A DNA stretch of 64,000 bases from assembly GCA_965219575.1 (NCBI GenBank), contig OZ244779.1, forward strand, positions 812,769-876,768, in the 5' to 3' direction. Source of the stretch: Candidatus Oxydemutatoraceae bacterium (lineage in GTDB: Bacteria > Pseudomonadota > Gammaproteobacteria > Poriferisulfidales > Oxydemutatoraceae). Both the position numbers and the translations under genes were made by a program. A model generated the notes under the pieces. That model did no database searches. It had not been told where the DNA came from and saw only the letters and a program-made list of their open reading frames with translations. How positions within the stretch are numbered: the stretch's first letter is position 1; the number at the start of each line of letters is the position of its first letter. Shown here one piece after another: positions 61,529 to 64,000 of the stretch.

Positions 61529-62779
61529 ATGTTCAAAAAAGATATGACCATAGCTTCGTTTGACCCCGAGTTGGCCGAAGCACTCTCTGCCGAGCGTGAG
61601 CGGCAAGAAGATCACGTAGAATTGATTGCTTCCGAAAATTATGCAAGTCCTCGCGTATTGGAAGCGCAAGGTTCTATCATGACCAACAAATATGCCGAGG
61701 GCTATCCCAATAAGCGATATTACGGTGGGTGTGAGCATGTAGATGTCGCAGAGCAGCTTGCAATAGAGCGTTTGAAGGAACTGTACGGTGCGGATTATGC
61801 GAATGTGCAACCCCATTCCGGTTCGCAAGCCAACGCCGCAGTTTACTTGGCACTGTGCGAACCCGGCGACACCATACTCGGTATGAGCTTGGCTCACGGC
61901 GGTCATCTGACGCACGGGGCTAAAGTAAATTTTTCGGGTCAAGTTTTCAATGCGGTACAGTACGGCATAGACGATGACGGTTTGCTCGATTACGACGAGA
62001 TAGAGGGTCTAGCGTTGGAACATAAACCGAAAATGGTGATTGCCGGCTTTTCCGCTTATTCGCAGATTGTGGATTGGGCACGGATGAGGCAAATAGCCGA
62101 TCAAGTCGGTGCTTACTTGGTAGTTGATATGGCGCATGTCTCGGGTTTGGTGGCAGCGGACGCATACCCCAATCCGGTACCTCATGCCGATGTGGTTACT
62201 TCAACCACCCATAAGACTTTAAGAGGTCCGCGTAGCGGCTTTATTATCTGTAGACACAACGAAGAGATAGAGAAAAAAATAAATTCTATGGTTTTTCCGG
62301 GCATGCAAGGCGGTCCCTTAATGCATGTAATCGCCGCCAAAGCCGTTGCTTTTAAGGAAGCGTTGCAGCCCGATTTCAAAGCGTATATCGCCGAAGTTAA
62401 GAGCCATGCCAAGCTGATGGCAAAAACTCTGATCGACAGAGGCTACGAAGTCGTATCGGGCGGCACCGAGAACCATCTGATGTTGGTCAGTTTGATTTCT
62501 AGAGAAATAACCGGTAAGGATGCCGATGCCGCACTCGGAAGAGCGAATATCACCGTCAATAAGAATAGTGTGCCCAAAGACCCCAAGTCGCCTTTTGTGA
62601 CCAGCGGTTTGCGCTTCGGCACTCCGGCGATTACGACGCGTGGCTTTGACGGCGAGGCCGTGGAGCAGCTGACCCATCTAATCTGCGATATATTGGACGA
62701 TATCGAAGATGAGGATAAAATCAAAGCAGTCAAAGAACAGGCTTTAAGTTTATGCAGACGTTATCCGGTCTATAACTGA
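61529..62779 (+). CDS. glyA: Serine hydroxymethyltransferase
   Basis: [36 protein letters not shown]. Confidence 0.99.
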   Translation: MFKKDMTIASFDPELAEALSAERERQEDHVELIASENYASPRVLEAQGSIMTNKYAEGYPNKRYYGGCEHVDVAEQLAIERLKELYGADYANVQPHSGSQANAAVYLALCEPGDTILGMSLAHGGHLTHGAKVNFSGQVFNAVQYGIDDDGLLDYDEIEGLALEHKPKMVIAGFSAYSQIVDWARMRQIADQVGAYLVVDMAHVSGLVAADAYPNPVPHADVVTSTTHKTLRGPRSGFIICRHNEEIEKKINSMVFPGMQGGPLMHVIAAKAVAFKEALQPDFKAYIAEVKSHAKLMAKTLIDRGYEVVSGGTENHLMLVSLISREITGKDADAALGRANITVNKNSVPKDPKSPFVTSGLRFGTPAITTRGFDGEAVEQLTHLICDILDDIEDEDKIKAVKEQALSLCRRYPVYN

Positions 62780-62858
62780 TCGCAATAATCCGACAACGGT
62801 TTGAGGAAAAACCGCAATGTGTCGTAAATATATAGGGGAGGTTGTCGGATAAGCGAAG

Positions 62859-63998
62859 ATGCAGCAATTCAGCGAGCGCGACCGACACTACATGTCCAAG
62901 GCATTGGCTTTGGCGGAACTCGGACGTTACACGGTCGGTGTCAATCCCATGGTTGCTTGCATCATTGTGCGAGACGATAAGGTTATCGCCGAGGCCTATC
63001 ATCGTCGCACCGGTGAAGCGCACGCCGAACCTTTGGCACTTGCGCAAGCGGGAGAGAATACCAGAGATGCTACGGTCTATGTGACTCTGGAGCCCTGTGT
63101 ACATCGAGGGCGTACTCCGCCGTGCGTGCCGGCACTGATAGAGGCAAAAGTCAAACGCGTTGTAATCGCAATGCAAGACCCCAATCCTCGAGTGCACGGG
63201 CAGGGCATCTCCGAATTAAAAGCTGCCGGCATACAAGTTGAATGTGGTTTATTTTCCGACCGAGCGCGAGGATTGAATCGCGGTTTTGTATCGCGTATCG
63301 AGCGGGGACGACCTTGGGTGCGTCTTAAATCGGCAATCAGCCTAGACGGACATATTGCATTGGGTTCCGGTAAAAGTGCATGGATTAGCAGCGAGGAAGC
63401 AAGACGCGATGTGCAATTCTGGCGCGCCCGAAGCAGTGCGCTACTGACCAGCAGTCGTACGGTACAGGTCGATGATCCGCAGTTGAACGTGCGTATTTCT
63501 GCCGAAGATCTAGGTATACAAGGCACTGTCAGACAACCGCTGCGCATCGTATTGGATAGTCGGTTGCTCACTTCGCCCGAAGCGAAGATCTATAATTCCG
63601 ATGCCGAAACCGTTGTTGTTTGTTGCGAGAGTATTGCCACCGAAGCGCAGCAAAGTGAATTTGAGCGATGTGGTATCAAGGTATTATCGATGCCGACCAC
63701 AAAACCCCGTATCCCCTTATTGGAGCTACTGGAAACCTCGGCCGACCGATACGAGCTCAACGAAATACAAGTGGAGGCCGGTGGCGTATTATTCGGTGCT
63801 ATCGTAGAAGCCGGTTTATGCGACGAATTATTGTTGTATATAGCACCCTGCTTGTTGGGCGCAGAGAGTAAAAAGCTGGCGGAGTTTGACGACATTATAC
63901 AAACGATGGAAGAGCGTATTAATTTTAGTTATAAAGAAGTGATGAATATCGGCAAAGATATTCGCGTATTGTTGGAACCGTGTCGACGATTGTCGTAG
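62859..63998 (+). CDS. ribD: Bifunctional riboflavin deaminase/reductase
   Basis: HAE, TLEPCVHRGRTPPC, K.A.SLDG, VEAGG. Confidence 0.96.
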   Translation: MQQFSERDRHYMSKALALAELGRYTVGVNPMVACIIVRDDKVIAEAYHRRTGEAHAEPLALAQAGENTRDATVYVTLEPCVHRGRTPPCVPALIEAKVKRVVIAMQDPNPRVHGQGISELKAAGIQVECGLFSDRARGLNRGFVSRIERGRPWVRLKSAISLDGHIALGSGKSAWISSEEARRDVQFWRARSSALLTSSRTVQVDDPQLNVRISAEDLGIQGTVRQPLRIVLDSRLLTSPEAKIYNSDAETVVVCCESIATEAQQSEFERCGIKVLSMPTTKPRIPLLELLETSADRYELNEIQVEAGGVLFGAIVEAGLCDELLLYIAPCLLGAESKKLAEFDDIIQTMEERINFSYKEVMNIGKDIRVLLEPCRRLS

Positions 63999-64000
63999 TG

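Overview
A 64-kb chromosomal segment of a gammaproteobacterium, inferred from gene order (mutS-pncC-recA-recX, msbA-lpxK-ycaR-kdsB, tadA-mltF, glyA-ribD, msrPQ). The housekeeping backbone (yhdP-like, purB, fumC, acnA, rnr, GldAFG-like ABC, acyl-CoA ligase/Liv-type ABC) carries four kinds of accessory DNA. (1) A decayed Mu-like prophage head module. Its only intact part is a PBECR2-type nuclease ORF, followed by a ~100-nt foldable element. (2) Two giant secreted GLUG/Ig-repeat proteins (2038 and 4371 aa) ending in the same VFLEG-x-x-Q motif. (3) A nested family of intergenic palindromic repeats and MITEs at about 10 loci, with both empty and filled sites visible. (4) The main finding: a lone tnpB gene (58991-60199) enclosed by 24-bp terminal inverted repeats (22/24 match) and an 8-bp target-site duplication (7/8 match). 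This is an RNA-guided nuclease gene packaged like a DDE/TIR (IS1595-like) transposon rather than with IS200/IS605 or IS607 ends. No rRNA, tRNA or CRISPR array was recognised. All family calls come from motif recognition by eye; no searches were run.
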